A stretch of 64,000 nucleotides of DNA. Source: Dictyostelium discoideum. Taxonomy: Eukaryota. Location of the stretch: contig CM000151.3 of the NCBI GenBank assembly GCA_000004695.1, positions 6,496,001 to 6,560,000 of the forward strand, in the 5' to 3' direction. Position 1 is the stretch's first letter. Each line of letters begins with the position of its first letter. A program made the position numbers and the translations under genes. Below, one piece after another: positions 27,952 to 41,059 of the stretch. Under the pieces are notes generated by a model. That model did no database searches. It saw only the letters and a list, made by a program, of their open reading frames with translations, and was not told the DNA's origin.

Positions 27952-30900
27952 TTCAACTTCTAAATATTTTTTAACTAATTCACCCAAGGGTTGTAGTTTA
28001 AGTGGTTTTACTACAAAATCATCCATACCCATTGAAACACAATAATCTTTTGAACCATGTAAATAAGTTGCAGAGAGACCAACTATATTTGCACGTGATT
28101 TATAATTATTTAATTCTTCATGGGACCTAATAAGTTTTGAAGCCATTGAACCATCACATAGAGGCATATTTAAATCCATGAATATTAATTCATAATTATC
28201 TTTTTTTTGCATTTCAAAACCTTCGAAACCATTGGTAGCCGTATCACAGTCATAACCCAATTTTTTCAATTGAAGTTTAACTACTTTTCTATTGACAGCA
28301 TTATCATCAACTAATAGTATTCTTGGTCTTGTTCTAATTCCAACATCTAGTGAATTATTTGAATTTTCACTGTTTAAACTATTAACACTATTAACACTAT
28401 TAACACTATTTACACTATTAACACTATCACTTCTTGTTTCTTTAATTGTTATAGATGATGATTGGAAAAATGTTGATTCAGCTTTTGTTGATACAACTTC
28501 AGAATTTGCCTTTGGAGTTGGTGGAGTTACTATTGGGTCATTGATTAATTGAATATTTGATAATCTTTGTTCCTTATATGGTTGATTTTTTAAAACTACC
28601 AACTCACCATCACTCTTTAATTCACGAAGATTTTCACTGAATTCAAATTCATCAGATTCACCACTATCACTACTTGTATCGGAATATAGTTTAATTTTTG
28701 GTGATGATGTTGATTCCGTACCAAATCTATCAATTCTTAAAGGTGAGATATTAAAATCATATTTACCTCTATCTTTCTTTGGTGTCGTTTTCTTTTCACT
28801 ACTATCACTATGTGGAGAAATGGTTACAAATTGTTGTTCTTGTTGAAGTTGTTGTTGTTGATGTTGTTGTTCTTGTTCTTGTTGTTGTAGTTGTTGTTGT
28901 TGTTGTTGTTGTTGATTATCAATTTGTGAAATTGTTTGAATTAAATTTGAAGATGATGAAGATTTTGGTATTATTTTACGAGCCATATTTGAAACTTTAA
29001 TTAAATTTGTTGAGGAAATTGGTTTTTTGAAAATTAAAAAGTCTCTACGTTTTGGTAAATTTTTAAAATTTTTATGATTGATACCCAACGCAACCACAAT
29101 TTTCTTTTTATAAAATTCAATGAAATCTTTAACATACTTTAAAAATATATCTAGATTATCCATGAATCTATGGAAAACAATAATACATATTAAACTTGAA
29201 TCAAAGAATGGTAATAGCTCTGGATCAAGATTTTTTAAATCAATTTTGTTAACATCACCATTAATTTTATATTCTTGAACTAATTCAAAGAATTTTTTAA
29301 CTGTTGACTCTTTCACCAGTATTATATTTGATTCTTCAAAGATTTGATCAAATCTTTGAGATGCTATTGATGCTGTATATTCATAGTTGTCTAGAATTAT
29401 ACAAGTTTTATTCCTTGAAAATGATTTATCCGGTAGTAAAGATTTTAAAGTGTTTGAACCAATTTGTTCAAAATTTAAAGTTACAGAGAATAGAGAACCC
29501 ACACCTGGTTTACTTCTTTCTAATATTACTTCGCCACCCATTAATTTTGCAAGTTTACTTGAAATTGCTAAACCCAGACCAGATCCACCATATTTTCTAG
29601 TAGATGATGAATCGATTTGATGAAATGGTTCAAATAGATGTGCTCTTTGATCTTCACCAATACCAATACCACTATCATCTATACTAATTTTAATTTTACA
29701 TCTATTTTGTTCTCTAGAGATAACGGAAATTCTAAAAACTATATGACCTCTATCGGTATACTTTACAGCATTTGTACCCATATTTAACATAATTTGAATT
29801 AACCTATTTGGGTCACCAATAAGACGATGAGGAATATCAGTATCCATTAAAAATGCAATTTCAATTGGTTTATTAGTTATTGAAACACCAATTGTTTTAC
29901 CAATACCTTCTAAACAACCAATAAAATCGAATTCAATCATTTCCAATTCTAATTTAGATGCTTCAATTTTACTAAAATCCAAAATATCTGATGTAATTGA
30001 AAGTAGTAATTCACTTGAACCAAAAATAGTTTCAGCTATATCATGTTGTTCCGTATTTAAAGGACTAGTTGATAATAACATTTCTCCCATTGTTATAATT
30101 CCATTTAGAGGTGTTCTAATTTCATGACTGATTGTAGCAAGAAATTGAGATTTAATTTTTGTTGCTGTTAATGCCAAATCTCTAGCCTCCATTAATTCTT
30201 GATTTCTTTTTTGTTCCAATTCTGATTTCTTTTGTAATTCAATATTCATTTCTTTTAATCTTATTTGATCGGTAATATCACGTACAATAATCATTATTCC
30301 AATTGAATTTGAATGAATATCACTAATCTCTTTAACAAATACTTCGGCTGGGTATTTCTCTCCATTCTTTTTAGTTATTGTTGTTTCGGTCGAAAGATTA
30401 TTATTTTCGAAACAAACTTGTTTTAAAATGGTACTAATATCAGAACTCTTTTCAACCGAACTAATATTCTCCCCAATTTCTAAACCCAATAAACGTTCAT
30501 AAAACGCTCCAATCTTTCTAATGATTTTTCCATTTCTACTAACTAAACAACTACAAGATGGTGATTGGTCTAATAGATTTTTAGCAATAATTAATTGATC
30601 TGAAACTTTCTTTTTTTCAAATTCCATTGAAGTTCTATTAGTTATAAATGTTAAAATATTTGTATCTAAAATATTTGGATTTAAAGTTTGATCACCAAAT
30701 AAAACAATATCACCAAAATAAAATTCTTTTGAATCTTTTAATGGTATTTCCATATAACTTTTTAAATTATATTTTTTAATAATTTCTGAATTATTAAAAA
30801 TTTCATTAATGTTACTTTTTAATTATTTAATTTAAATAATAAAAAAAAAAGAAATGAATTAATATATTATTTTTTAAATTTTAAATATTTAGAATTAATT

Positions 30901-31073
30901 AAACTTACTCATAATAGGTAATGTTTTTACTAATTTTTTTTAAACTATATGAAAAATTTTCTAATTCTTGAGTTGATGAACAAAATGCAATTGTATCGAA
31001 TAAACCATCTTTATTAAGTACACTTATGCCGGCACACTATAAAAAATTAAAATTATTAATATGTATATATATT

Positions 31074-31108
<35 letters not shown>

Positions 31109-31204
31109 CTAAACACAAACCTTTGAATTAAAAACTTTACACATTAATAATGATAATTTTGAAAAAAATAAAGTTGATGATGAATAAACTGAACTAATAT
31201 CCAT
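27775..31204 (-). CDS. Hybrid sensor histidine kinase (Dhk family): N-terminal PAS-like region, HisKA, HATPase and a C-terminal receiver domain; 3 exons
   Basis: Exon 1 is 31204..31121 (MDISSVYSSSTLFFSKLSLLMCKVFNSK; donor GTTTGT, phase 0). Exon 2 is 31036..30909 (CAGISVLNKDGLFDTIAFCSSTQELENFSYSLKKISKNITYY; donor GTAAGT, phase 2). Exon 3 is 30757..27775. The H-box is ISHEIRTPLNGI. The ATP-binding G-boxes are DSGIGI and GGSGLGLAISSKLAKLMGG. The receiver is RILLVDDNAVNRKVVKLQLKKLGYDCDTATNG...IFMDLNMP. The C-terminus is an N/S-rich low-complexity tail encoded by (GAATTT)n and (ATT)n repeats at 27800-27955. Confidence 0.85.
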
Positions 31205-31470
31205 AAAAATTTGAATTAAATTATCAGAAAATATTTTAGCAACTTTAAAAACACATTGTTGAATAATAAACCTAATAATAATAAAAAAAAAAATAAAAAA
31301 ATAATAATAATTAAATTAGTATTAATATTATTATTATTATTATTATTATTATTTTAAATAAAAAATATTTAAATTAAAATTATAATAAATACTTTAAAAT
31401 CATATTATTATCTAATTCTTTAATATCTTCTGGAACAGTTGGATATAATTTAATTTCACCATATAAATTA

Positions 31471-32063
31471 TCAGGTGTGATTAATGGAATGTCTTAATGT
31501 TCTTCCTTCTAAAAATATTTTATTTGATTTTTGAGGTAATTTGCCACTATCATAGATATAATTGAAATCACTTGTAACTTTCCCATCTTTATATTCACAT
31601 AAAACCAAACAATTATTAGTACCATTAAAAACTTGAGAAATTATAATTTGATCTAAATGTGGAAAATACTTTAAAAAGTATTGAACAATATTGGAAAATA
31701 GTTGGTCATTATTCATTGAAAACATATTATACGGTTCTGAAGAGTCCATACTAATTGATAACTCTTCTAAACTATTGAATGATTTTGTTGTTTTATTTGA
31801 ATTACTACTACTATTCATACTATTGAAACTTGAATCAAGTAGATTATTACCAATTAAACTTTTTTTATCTTTTACATTATATAATGGATTTTGTTTTTGA
31901 ATCTGTAGTTGGTGTTGGTCATTTGGTTGTTCACCAGATTCATCATCACCACCCAAATAATTATCAAATTTTTCCATTTTTTGAAAATCTGATTTATTAA
32001 TATTATTATTATAATTATTTTTATTATTATTATCATTACTACTATTACTATTGATATTATTAA

Positions 32064-32143
<80 letters not shown>

Positions 32144-32492
32144 TCACTATTATAATCACAAGCATTACAGCTACAAGAACTATCTAAACTGTCCATACTT
32201 TCATTTGATGATGAACTTTTAATTAATCTACTATCGAAATCTGAAGCTGATAAATTATAGTACTTTCCATCTTTATTTTGTTTTTTCTTTCTCTTTGTAA
32301 GTGGTGAATTGTCTCCCAAATGGTCAAATTCTTCTAAATCTTGACTTTTTTTTTCATTATTTGGTGTATCATTCATTTTTTGAAAAAAGCATTCAATTGT
32401 TTTTAAATAATTATTTTTTTTTGGTGAAATTTCCCTTTCAAATGCTAAATTAATTTTCTTTGCTTCTTCATTTTCGTCATCAATTTCAATGG

Positions 32493-32586
<94 letters not shown>

Positions 32587-32715
32587 TTCTTTATTATTAT
32601 TTGGAATATTTTTATCATTTACATTAGATTCATTTTTTGGTGTTGGGTTTTTTACATTTTTTTTAATTTTATCATCTTTGTGAAAATAAAATTGGGAATT
32701 ATTTTCTTTGTCCAT
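31471..32715 (-). CDS. Hypothetical N-rich protein with a conserved-looking C-terminal domain (EPYNMFSMNNDQLFSNIVQYFLKYFPHLDQ...CLVLCEYKDGKV)
   Basis: Continuous ORF from an ATG at 32715. Two (AAT)n poly-N tracts sit at about 31880-32150 and 32490-32590. No family was recognised. Confidence 0.45.
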
Positions 32716-33625
32716 AATTTTTTATTACATTAATTTATATATTTGTTTTTATTATTTATTTTATTTTGTACAAAAGAAAATGTTTAAAAAATTAAATTTT
32801 TTATTTATTTTATTTTAATTTTTTTATTTTTTTTTTATTTTTTTTTTTTTTGTTTTTTTTTTATTTTTAATATAACTTGGCACTTATAATGAAGGAGATT
32901 AAAAAAAAGAAAATTAATTTTTCCTATCTAACATTCAAAATAAACCCTTGTTTTATGAAATTTTAATTAAATTTAAAACAATTGAATTACCTTTTTTAGG
33001 TTTTTTTTTTTTTTTTAAAAAATATAAATTTAATTTTTTTTTTTTTTTATTTTTAATTTTTTAATTAAATTATTATTTTTATTTTTAAATTCATTTCCTA
33101 ACATGGGAACAAATCGAAGCCAACTGAAATAAATAGCTTATATTAAAATAAAAAAAATAAAAAGTTAGGATCACACTCACCACCAATCCATATATATTTA
33201 AAATATAATAAATTTAAATGAAATTTGTTTAATTCCATTGCATCATTATGATTTTAAAAATAATTATTTCAACTGTTTATATTTAGATAAACAAAAAAAA
33301 TGAAGATATGTTTTAAAAATAAAATAAAATAAAAAAAAAAAAAAAAGTATATTCTATGGTTTTATTTTTTTATTATCATAAAGTATCTAATAAAATATTT
33401 TTTTTAAAAATAAAATAAAATATTCCTTGTTTGAAAACCATGTTTAGATAATTTAAAAATAAAAAAATTTATTTTTATTTTATTTTATTTTATTTTATTT
33501 ATTTTTTTTAATTTGGAATTTCCAAATTTATTTACTATTACTATTATTATTATTACTAGTTTTTTTTTTAAAAAAAAATTATTTTTTTATTAAGAGTATA
33601 TGTGTATATATTTATAGATCGATTT

Positions 33626-33675
<50 letters not shown>

Positions 33676-34471
33676 TTAATTATTAATTACTTCTGTTTGA
33701 TAATTTTCAGTAATATTATTATTTTCAATATTTTGATTGGAACTGATTTTATCTTTTTCTTGTTTTTTTAATTTTTTATTCTTTTTTCTATCCCTAATTA
33801 AGTAATAAACGCAAATGCAAATTAAAACTATCATTTGAATACCAGTTGCTAAATAAGGTACCCAAGTAGACCAATCTTGTTTAGCTTCAATTTGGAAATA
33901 TACAACTAAAAATGAACCCGGTGCTTGAATACAAACTGAAACTAAACTTAAACTACCAATTTCCTTTTTAAATTTTTAAAAATAAAAAAATTATTAATAA
34001 AATTGGTGAAAATAGAAAAAAAAATAAAAAAAAAAAAAAGCACTTAAAAAAAAAATAAAAAAAAAATTTTAAATATATAAAAATAATATTTAAATATTTA
34101 CATCTGTGACCCAAGTTGTATAAATTTGAGGTATCCATTGAAGGAAAACTAAAACCAAAGCGAAAATACCACAAGCAAAACAATAATGAGTGAGAACTTT
34201 TGATTCTGCACCATAGCTATATACAATGCCAACACCAATACCAAATAAAACCAAAGTAAGGAAAATACTACCCCAAAAGAAAGGTTGAGAATGCCAATCC
34301 ATTCTTAAAATAAATTCTTCTACTGGACTCTTTTTTTTAGTTGATGATGATGATAATAATGGTGATAAACCAACACTTGATTGTGAACTTGTTGTTGAAC
34401 CTGGACTTTCACTACCTACACCACCACTACCGCAAATTCCTGAACTACTACTTGGTGCACAACTACTACTA

Positions 34472-34502
<31 letters not shown>

Positions 34503-34740
34503 TATCCTTATTTTCAATATCAATAGCATCGTCAGTATTTAAACTAATTGTCATATTTTCATCAATATTATTAATACTATTTTTAATTGGATTAGGATTT
34601 GTATAATTAATTGGTGGATTCTCTGGATTAATCTTTGAAACTTCTCCACTATTTTGAATATCACCTCTATTTGTTGATGGTTTTGGTCTATATATAACAT
34701 ATAATATAAATCTAAAAATAAAAAATAATAAAAAAAAAAA

Positions 34741-34786
<46 letters not shown>

Positions 34787-34932
34787 CTAAATCTAAAAAT
34801 CGATAACATACATTACTAATGAACATAAAAATGGTGGAGCTAATTGAGTGACTGGTAATAAATTTCTAAAACATGTCCATGGATTTTGAAAAATTAAATT
34901 AAATTTTTGGATCAAAATTAACAAAAATGTTT

Positions 34933-34963
<31 letters not shown>

Positions 34964-35125
34964 ATCATTATAATTTTCTTACCATCCAAGTACAACATTC
35001 AAAAACAAACCAATTTAAAAATAAAACATTTACAAATGTTCCCATACAATTGACAAAATTCAACCAACACATAATTACTGATAAACCATCTACATTCTTT
35101 CTGAATATCATAACAAACACCTTTA

Positions 35126-35196
<71 letters not shown>

Positions 35197-35372
35197 TTAG
35201 TACTCTGAAAATAAAATAAAAATAAAATAAAATAAAAAAAATAAAAAAATTTTAGATTGCTTACCTGTGGTAAAAAGGATATAACAATACCAACTGTTAA
35301 TAAAAGACCTAATACTACATCTGATGTTTCAAAATCTGTTTTACAAACAAATTCACCACTTGATGAATCCAT
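33676..35372 (-). CDS. PQ-loop repeat 7-TM protein (MPDU1/PQLC/cystinosin superfamily) with a long low-complexity cytosolic loop; at least 5 exons, with one unresolved junction
   Basis: Exons are 35372..35265 (MDSS...VISFLPQ; donor GTAAGC), 35120..34983 (VFVMIFRKNVDGLS..., the first PQ-loop with canonical spacing to R and GLS; donor GTAAGA), 34865..34812 (frame LPVTQLAPPFLCSLVMYV; donor GTATGT), 34711..34102 (TM continuation FILYVIYRPKPS, an N/S-rich loop, then LQWIPQIYTTWVTD, the second PQ-loop; donor GTAAAT) and 33963..33676 (EIGSLSLVSV...). Exons 3-5 are mutually in phase, but the exon 2 to exon 3 join is off by one nucleotide; see findings. Confidence 0.55.
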
Positions 35373-35851
35373 TTTTTTAATTGTTATAATAAAATTTTTT
35401 TTTTTTTTATAACTGTATAGATAGGAGATTTGAATTAGTTTTTTATTTCTTTTTTTTCTTATTTATTATTTTTTTTTTTATTTAAAAAAAAAATTTTATT
35501 TATTATTACTGAATTTTTTCTATTTTATTATTTTATTATTTTATTATTTTATTATTTTATTATTTTATTTTTAAAAACTTTACAAAAGTTATTATATACT
35601 GTTTTTTTCACTTAGACAGACTATGGCATGAATGAAACAAAAAAAAAAAATAATTAAAAAAAATAAAATTTTATAAAAAAACCTCCTATTTTATTTTTTA
35701 TTTTATTTTTTATAAAATATCTAATTTTTACTTTTTCGAATGAAATTTAAAATGATATAAAAAAAAAAATAATTCGATCAAATTCGTTCGTTGTATATAA
35801 TATTATTGTGTTTATAAAATAACCTAAATTAATTTAAAAAATTTAAACTAG

Positions 35852-35886
<35 letters not shown>

Positions 35887-36067
35887 TTTTTTTTAAAAAT
35901 TTTACTGTTTTAAATACATATGTATACAATTTGGATAAATCAAACAAAAAAAAAAACAATATAAAAAAAAAAAAATAAATAAAAATAAAAAAAAATAAAA
36001 AAAAATTTTTATTTTTTTTTTTTTTTAACCCCCACTTTCAATTTTATTTTTAAAATTTCCCACACCC

Positions 36068-36099
<32 letters not shown>

Positions 36100-36247
36100 A
36101 AAGTAAAAAAAGTAATTATAATTATAATTAGCAACAAATTTATTTTAATGAAAAAACTATTATTAACAATTATTTAAACTTATAATTGAAAGAAGATATA
36201 TTTAAATTTTTTTATTTTTTTTTTATTTTTTCATTTTTTTTTTTTTT

Positions 36248-36281
<34 letters not shown>

Positions 36282-36358
36282 GTTTATTATTATTATTACT
36301 TGTATTATTATTATTTACATTATTATTTACAGATTTTTTTGAATTTTTTACAATGTTG

Positions 36359-36411
<53 letters not shown>

Positions 36412-36427
36412 ATTATTTTATAATTAA

Positions 36428-37701
36428 TTATTTTTGTTGATATTTATTTGAACCTAAATCTTTACAAATTTCATAAACAGCAAAAGAAATGGCAACAGTT
36501 GGGACAACTTTAAAATAAGCAGGAATGATACCATGATAGAAAGCAACCAAACCTTCATTTGATAAGATTTTCTTTGTCGCATCCCAGCCATTTTTATAGA
36601 GTACTTTATTACCACCAATACCTTGAATCATCATTCTTCTTCTTAAAACATCCAAAGGATAGCAAACAGTCATAGTAACAGCACCACTAAGAGCACCACA
36701 AACAAAATCGCAAATCATATTTACACCTTTTTTCAATTCATTCTCATCAGAAGCAACAGAATTTATCAATAGCGATGAAGGCATTGTTGATGCCATAGTT
36801 GAACAACCGGATGTATTTGTTAAATTAATACCATTTTCACCAAGTTCATTTTCATAAATAAATGAGTTATTATTTTTATTATTATTATTATTATTATTAT
36901 TAATTGATGATGGTGTTGTAGTTGTTGTTGATAATGATGATGATGATATTTGATAATTTAAAATCATTTTTTTACAAATTATTTTAAAACCTTCATAAGT
37001 TGCAAAACTAATTGAAACCCAAGGTACAATTGAAGCAATGGAGGTACCCAAACCTTTGTAAAGACCTTTTACACCTTCATCCTTGTGAATTTTAAAGAAA
37101 CTATGAGTTATACCATTATAACGATGAGCTGCATAATCATTTGAACAAGATCCTTGAAGTGATAATCTTATTCTAACAACATCCAAAGGATATGTGAAAA
37201 AGGTTGAGGTAAGTCCAGCCATTGCACCAGAAAACATTGTTTGGGGAACTGTCATCTTCATTTCACTACCACTACCACAACCAACACCATTACCATCAAT
37301 ACCATTCTCAATCGAAGATGAAGATGGATGATTTGAAGAGTTGTCTAAAAAATGTTTTTTACAAAATTCATAAGTTAAAAATCGAATTCCAGAATTTGGG
37401 GAAACCTTTACAATGTTTGCGCCATTTCCTTTCCAAATTGATTTAAATCCTTCCCTCTTCACCATCTCTTTCATAGCAGCAATGCATCCAACATAACCTT
37501 GACTAAGATTTTGTGACATACCTTGAACTTGTTGAATAATCGTTAATCTTTCAAATCCTGCTGTTGCAGATCTCGATATTGCTCCAGCAATCGATCCTGA
37601 TACTAAATACTTTTAAAAATAAAATACAAATAATAAAAAAAAAATAAAAAATAAAAAATAAAATAAATTATTAGTATCATTATTTTAAAAATATTAAAGA
37701 G

Positions 37702-37751
<50 letters not shown>

Positions 37752-38156
37752 TACATTGACATTTTCTTTTGAAATTGATTTTTTTGAAACATCTAATTTT
37801 GAATTTGAATTGTTTTTATTATTTCCTTTTAAAATTTTATTTTGATTTTCGTTTTTAATAATATTGTTTAGAATACCATTTTTGGAAATTAAATTGTTAT
37901 TATTATTAATATTATTATTATTATTATTCTTATTATTATTGTTTAAATTTAATAATTTATTATTATTTGATTTTATTAATTTTTCTTTATTCAAATTATT
38001 GTTTACATTATTGTTCAATTGAATGATTAAGGAATTAGCAATATTGTTACCATTTTTGAGACTTTTATAAGTATTTAAGGTTTTGGATGGTCTATAGGTG
38101 TTGCTATTATTTTCTGTCGATTCTTTAAAGCTCTTTTTAAAATCAGAACTATTCAT
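36428..38156 (-). CDS. Mitochondrial substrate carrier family protein with an N-rich N-terminal extension; 2 exons
   Basis: Exon 1 is 38156..37755, with an ATG start, an N-rich sequence, then a GTAAGT donor in phase 0. Exon 2 is 37609..36428 after the acceptor TTTTAAAAG. The junction yields YLVSGSIAGAISRSATAGFERLTIIQQVQ, the first MCF signature helix. Further signatures are PLDVVRIRL and PLDVLRRRMM. The track shows only the part from an internal Met at 37519. Confidence 0.8.
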
Positions 38157-38212
38157 TTATATTAAAGGAGGGGAAGAGAAAAAAAAAAAAAAAAAAAAAA
38201 ATATTTTTCCTT

Positions 38213-38254
<42 letters not shown>

Positions 38255-38271
38255 CTCTTTCAAGTTGTTGT

Positions 38272-38304
<33 letters not shown>

Positions 38305-39404
38305 CAATGAAATTAATCTTGGGTTTATAATTATTTGTTGTGTTGATATTATTGAATCTATATAAAAAAAATGATTTTTGTATTAATATATTTTTTTTTT
38401 TTTTTATTAAAAGATAATTTTTTTTTTTTATTTTTTTTTTATTTTTTTTTTTTTTAAAATAAAAAAAAAAAAAAAAAAAAAAAAAATTAAAAATAAATAA
38501 AAAATTTAAAACAATAATTTAAATATATTGTTTTAGATATTTTCCTTTTTTCTTTTTTTTTTATTATTTTTTATTTTTTTTTTTTTATTTTTTTTTTACC
38601 TTATTTTCATAATAAAATTTTTTTATTTGAACAACAAGTAATCTTAATTTTTTTTTTTTTTTTTATTTATTTATTTAATAATAGATTATGTTATGGTGGA
38701 TATTTTATTTTAACATACATAAATATTTTTAAAATTATGATAATTATATTTTTTTTTGAAAAATACTATTAAAATAAAAAAAATAATAAAAATATATATA
38801 TATTTATTTTTATATTTATGACTTGTCTGGTTATATATATGAAATTAAAAATTAAATGTTTTTTTTTTTTTTTTTTTTAATTATAATTTTTCCTGTTTAT
38901 AAACAAAAAAAATTCTTTTATGGATAAAAATTTTAAAAAAGAAAAAATAGCTAATACTGGTGAATAGAAAGTGAATATATTGAAACTGTTTATGTTTGGG
39001 AGGTCTTTTTATTTTCAAAGTGTTTACTATCAAAATATCAATTGAACTTTGAAAAGTATAATTGAAGGGTGTCCAAAAAAGGTCAAAGTTGCAAAACTAC
39101 AAAAATTTAAAAAAAAAAGCCCCACTATTCGACACTTTAATTATTTTTTGGTTATTTTTTTTTTATTTTTTTTTTAATTTAAAATTTATTTTTTATTTTT
39201 TTTTAATTTATTTATTTTTTTATTTTTTAATTTTTTTTAATTTAAACTTGATTAGGTAACATCCCTGTTGTTTTTATTATCTGAAAAAAATAATAATAAA
39301 AACAAAGATTTTTATAATTAGATTTTAAATAATTTCATTGATTTTTACAATAATAATAATAATAAATATTAAAATAATAATAAAAATAAAAATAATAATT
39401 ATAA

Positions 39405-39445
<41 letters not shown>

Positions 39446-39811
39446 TAATAAAATGATTAAATAAAAAAATTTAGATTTTGAAATATAAAATGGGTTTTTA
39501 TTTTTTATTTTTTTTTTTTTTTTTTTTTGATTTTTTGATTTTTATTTTTTTATTTTTTATTTTTTTTTTTTGTTGGTTGGGAAATTTGTTGTAAATTTTG
39601 GAGCTCACAAAGATAAAACTATTTGTTTGGTACCTATTTTTTTTTATTTTTTTATTTTTTATCTAAATTCCAAAAATATCATACCAAGAGAGAATTTTTA
39701 TTCAAATTTATATAACATACCCCCTCTCCAGATAGAATCATAAGTCACAATAGCACTCTATTGTGAGTTGTTATAAATAAAAAAAAAAAAAAAAATAATA
39801 ATAATAAAGAA

Positions 39812-39858
<47 letters not shown>

Positions 39859-40032
39859 GTTTTATGTGCAATAAATCAAATTCATAATTACCACCAATAA
39901 AAAATCCACAAAAAACTCACAATTTCACCACAATTACATATATAGATAAAATCAATTACATATATATATATATTTTTTTTTTTTTTTATTTTCAACAAAA
40001 ACAATACTCCCACATAAAGTAACCCCACCCCC

Positions 40033-40057
40033 ACTCACACACACACTAAATTACTTT
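40033..40057 (+). promoter_or_regulatory. CA-rich element (ACCCCACCCCCACTCACACACACAC), CAE/GBF-type, about 180 bp upstream of the 40235 ATG
   Basis: A conspicuous C/CA-rich island in otherwise more than 85% AT sequence. It resembles the CA-rich elements bound by G-box binding factor in post-aggregative Dictyostelium promoters. Confidence 0.4.
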
Positions 40058-40234
40058 TTTTCTCATAATAACACAGATAATTTATTTTTCAACATTAAAA
40101 TATCTCCTGCTCATTCATAATAATATTCAAATAATTAAAAAAATAAAATATATAAAAATAAAAATAAAAAAATAAAAAATAAAAAAATAAAAATAGTAAA
40201 ATTAACACACAAGATATTTTTAAAAAATCCAAGA

Positions 40235-41014
40235 ATGAATCAATCAAAACTACCAATAACAAAAATTTCAGAAACTGTTTTTAACCGCTTAAACCAATCA
40301 AATGATGTTATTAACAACACCAATAATAACACCACCAACAATAACAACAACAATAACAACAATAATAATAACACCAATAATAAAAATAATATAAATTATT
40401 TATTAAAACCAATTAATGAAATTAATGAAAATAAAATTTTAAATGATCCATCAAATGAAAATGGATTAAAACAATTATTTTACGAAATTAATAAATATTA
40501 TAATAATTTTGGGAGTAAATTAATATTTTTCTCATTAATTGGAAGTGAATCATTTAATTTGAATATTGAATCAAGTGATCAAGATTTCTTTGGAGTTTAT
40601 GAATGTGATATTGATCAAATTTTGTCATTTGAAAGTTACTATTACAATAGAATTCCAATTCAAGTTTTTCAAAATAACAACTCAAATAATTCATTACAAA
40701 AAGATAGAGATCGTGATAATATAATCAACCCAAATGAAACCATTATTCATTTAAAACCAGATATTACAATTCACGAAATTAGACATTTTTCAAAACTTTT
40801 ATTATTAGGAAATCCAAAATTAATTGAACCCTTATTCATTGAAAACTTTTGTTCATCAAGTCAATCATGGTTAGATTTAATTAAAAATAGAAAACTTAAT
40901 TTTTATACAATAACTTGTTTAACTCATTATTATTCAACTGTTAAAGTTTTATATTTTGATATTAAATCAATTTTTGAAAATGATAAAAAACAAAATGAAA
41001 AACAACAAAATGAA

Positions 41015-41059
<45 letters not shown>

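Noticed and set aside
27800-27955. Regular short repeats (GAATTT)n plus (ATT)n that could look like a repeat-spacer array
   Set aside because: This is a eukaryotic genome. The repeats are in frame within the histidine-kinase C-terminus (NSNSNS.../poly-N) and have no spacers, so it is a coding microsatellite and not a CRISPR array.
39591-39636. GAGCTC ... GGTACC (SacI and KpnI sites 30 bp apart), resembling a vector polylinker
   Set aside because: No other vector sequence surrounds it, and the flanking DNA is typical AT-rich genomic sequence. This is most likely coincidence.
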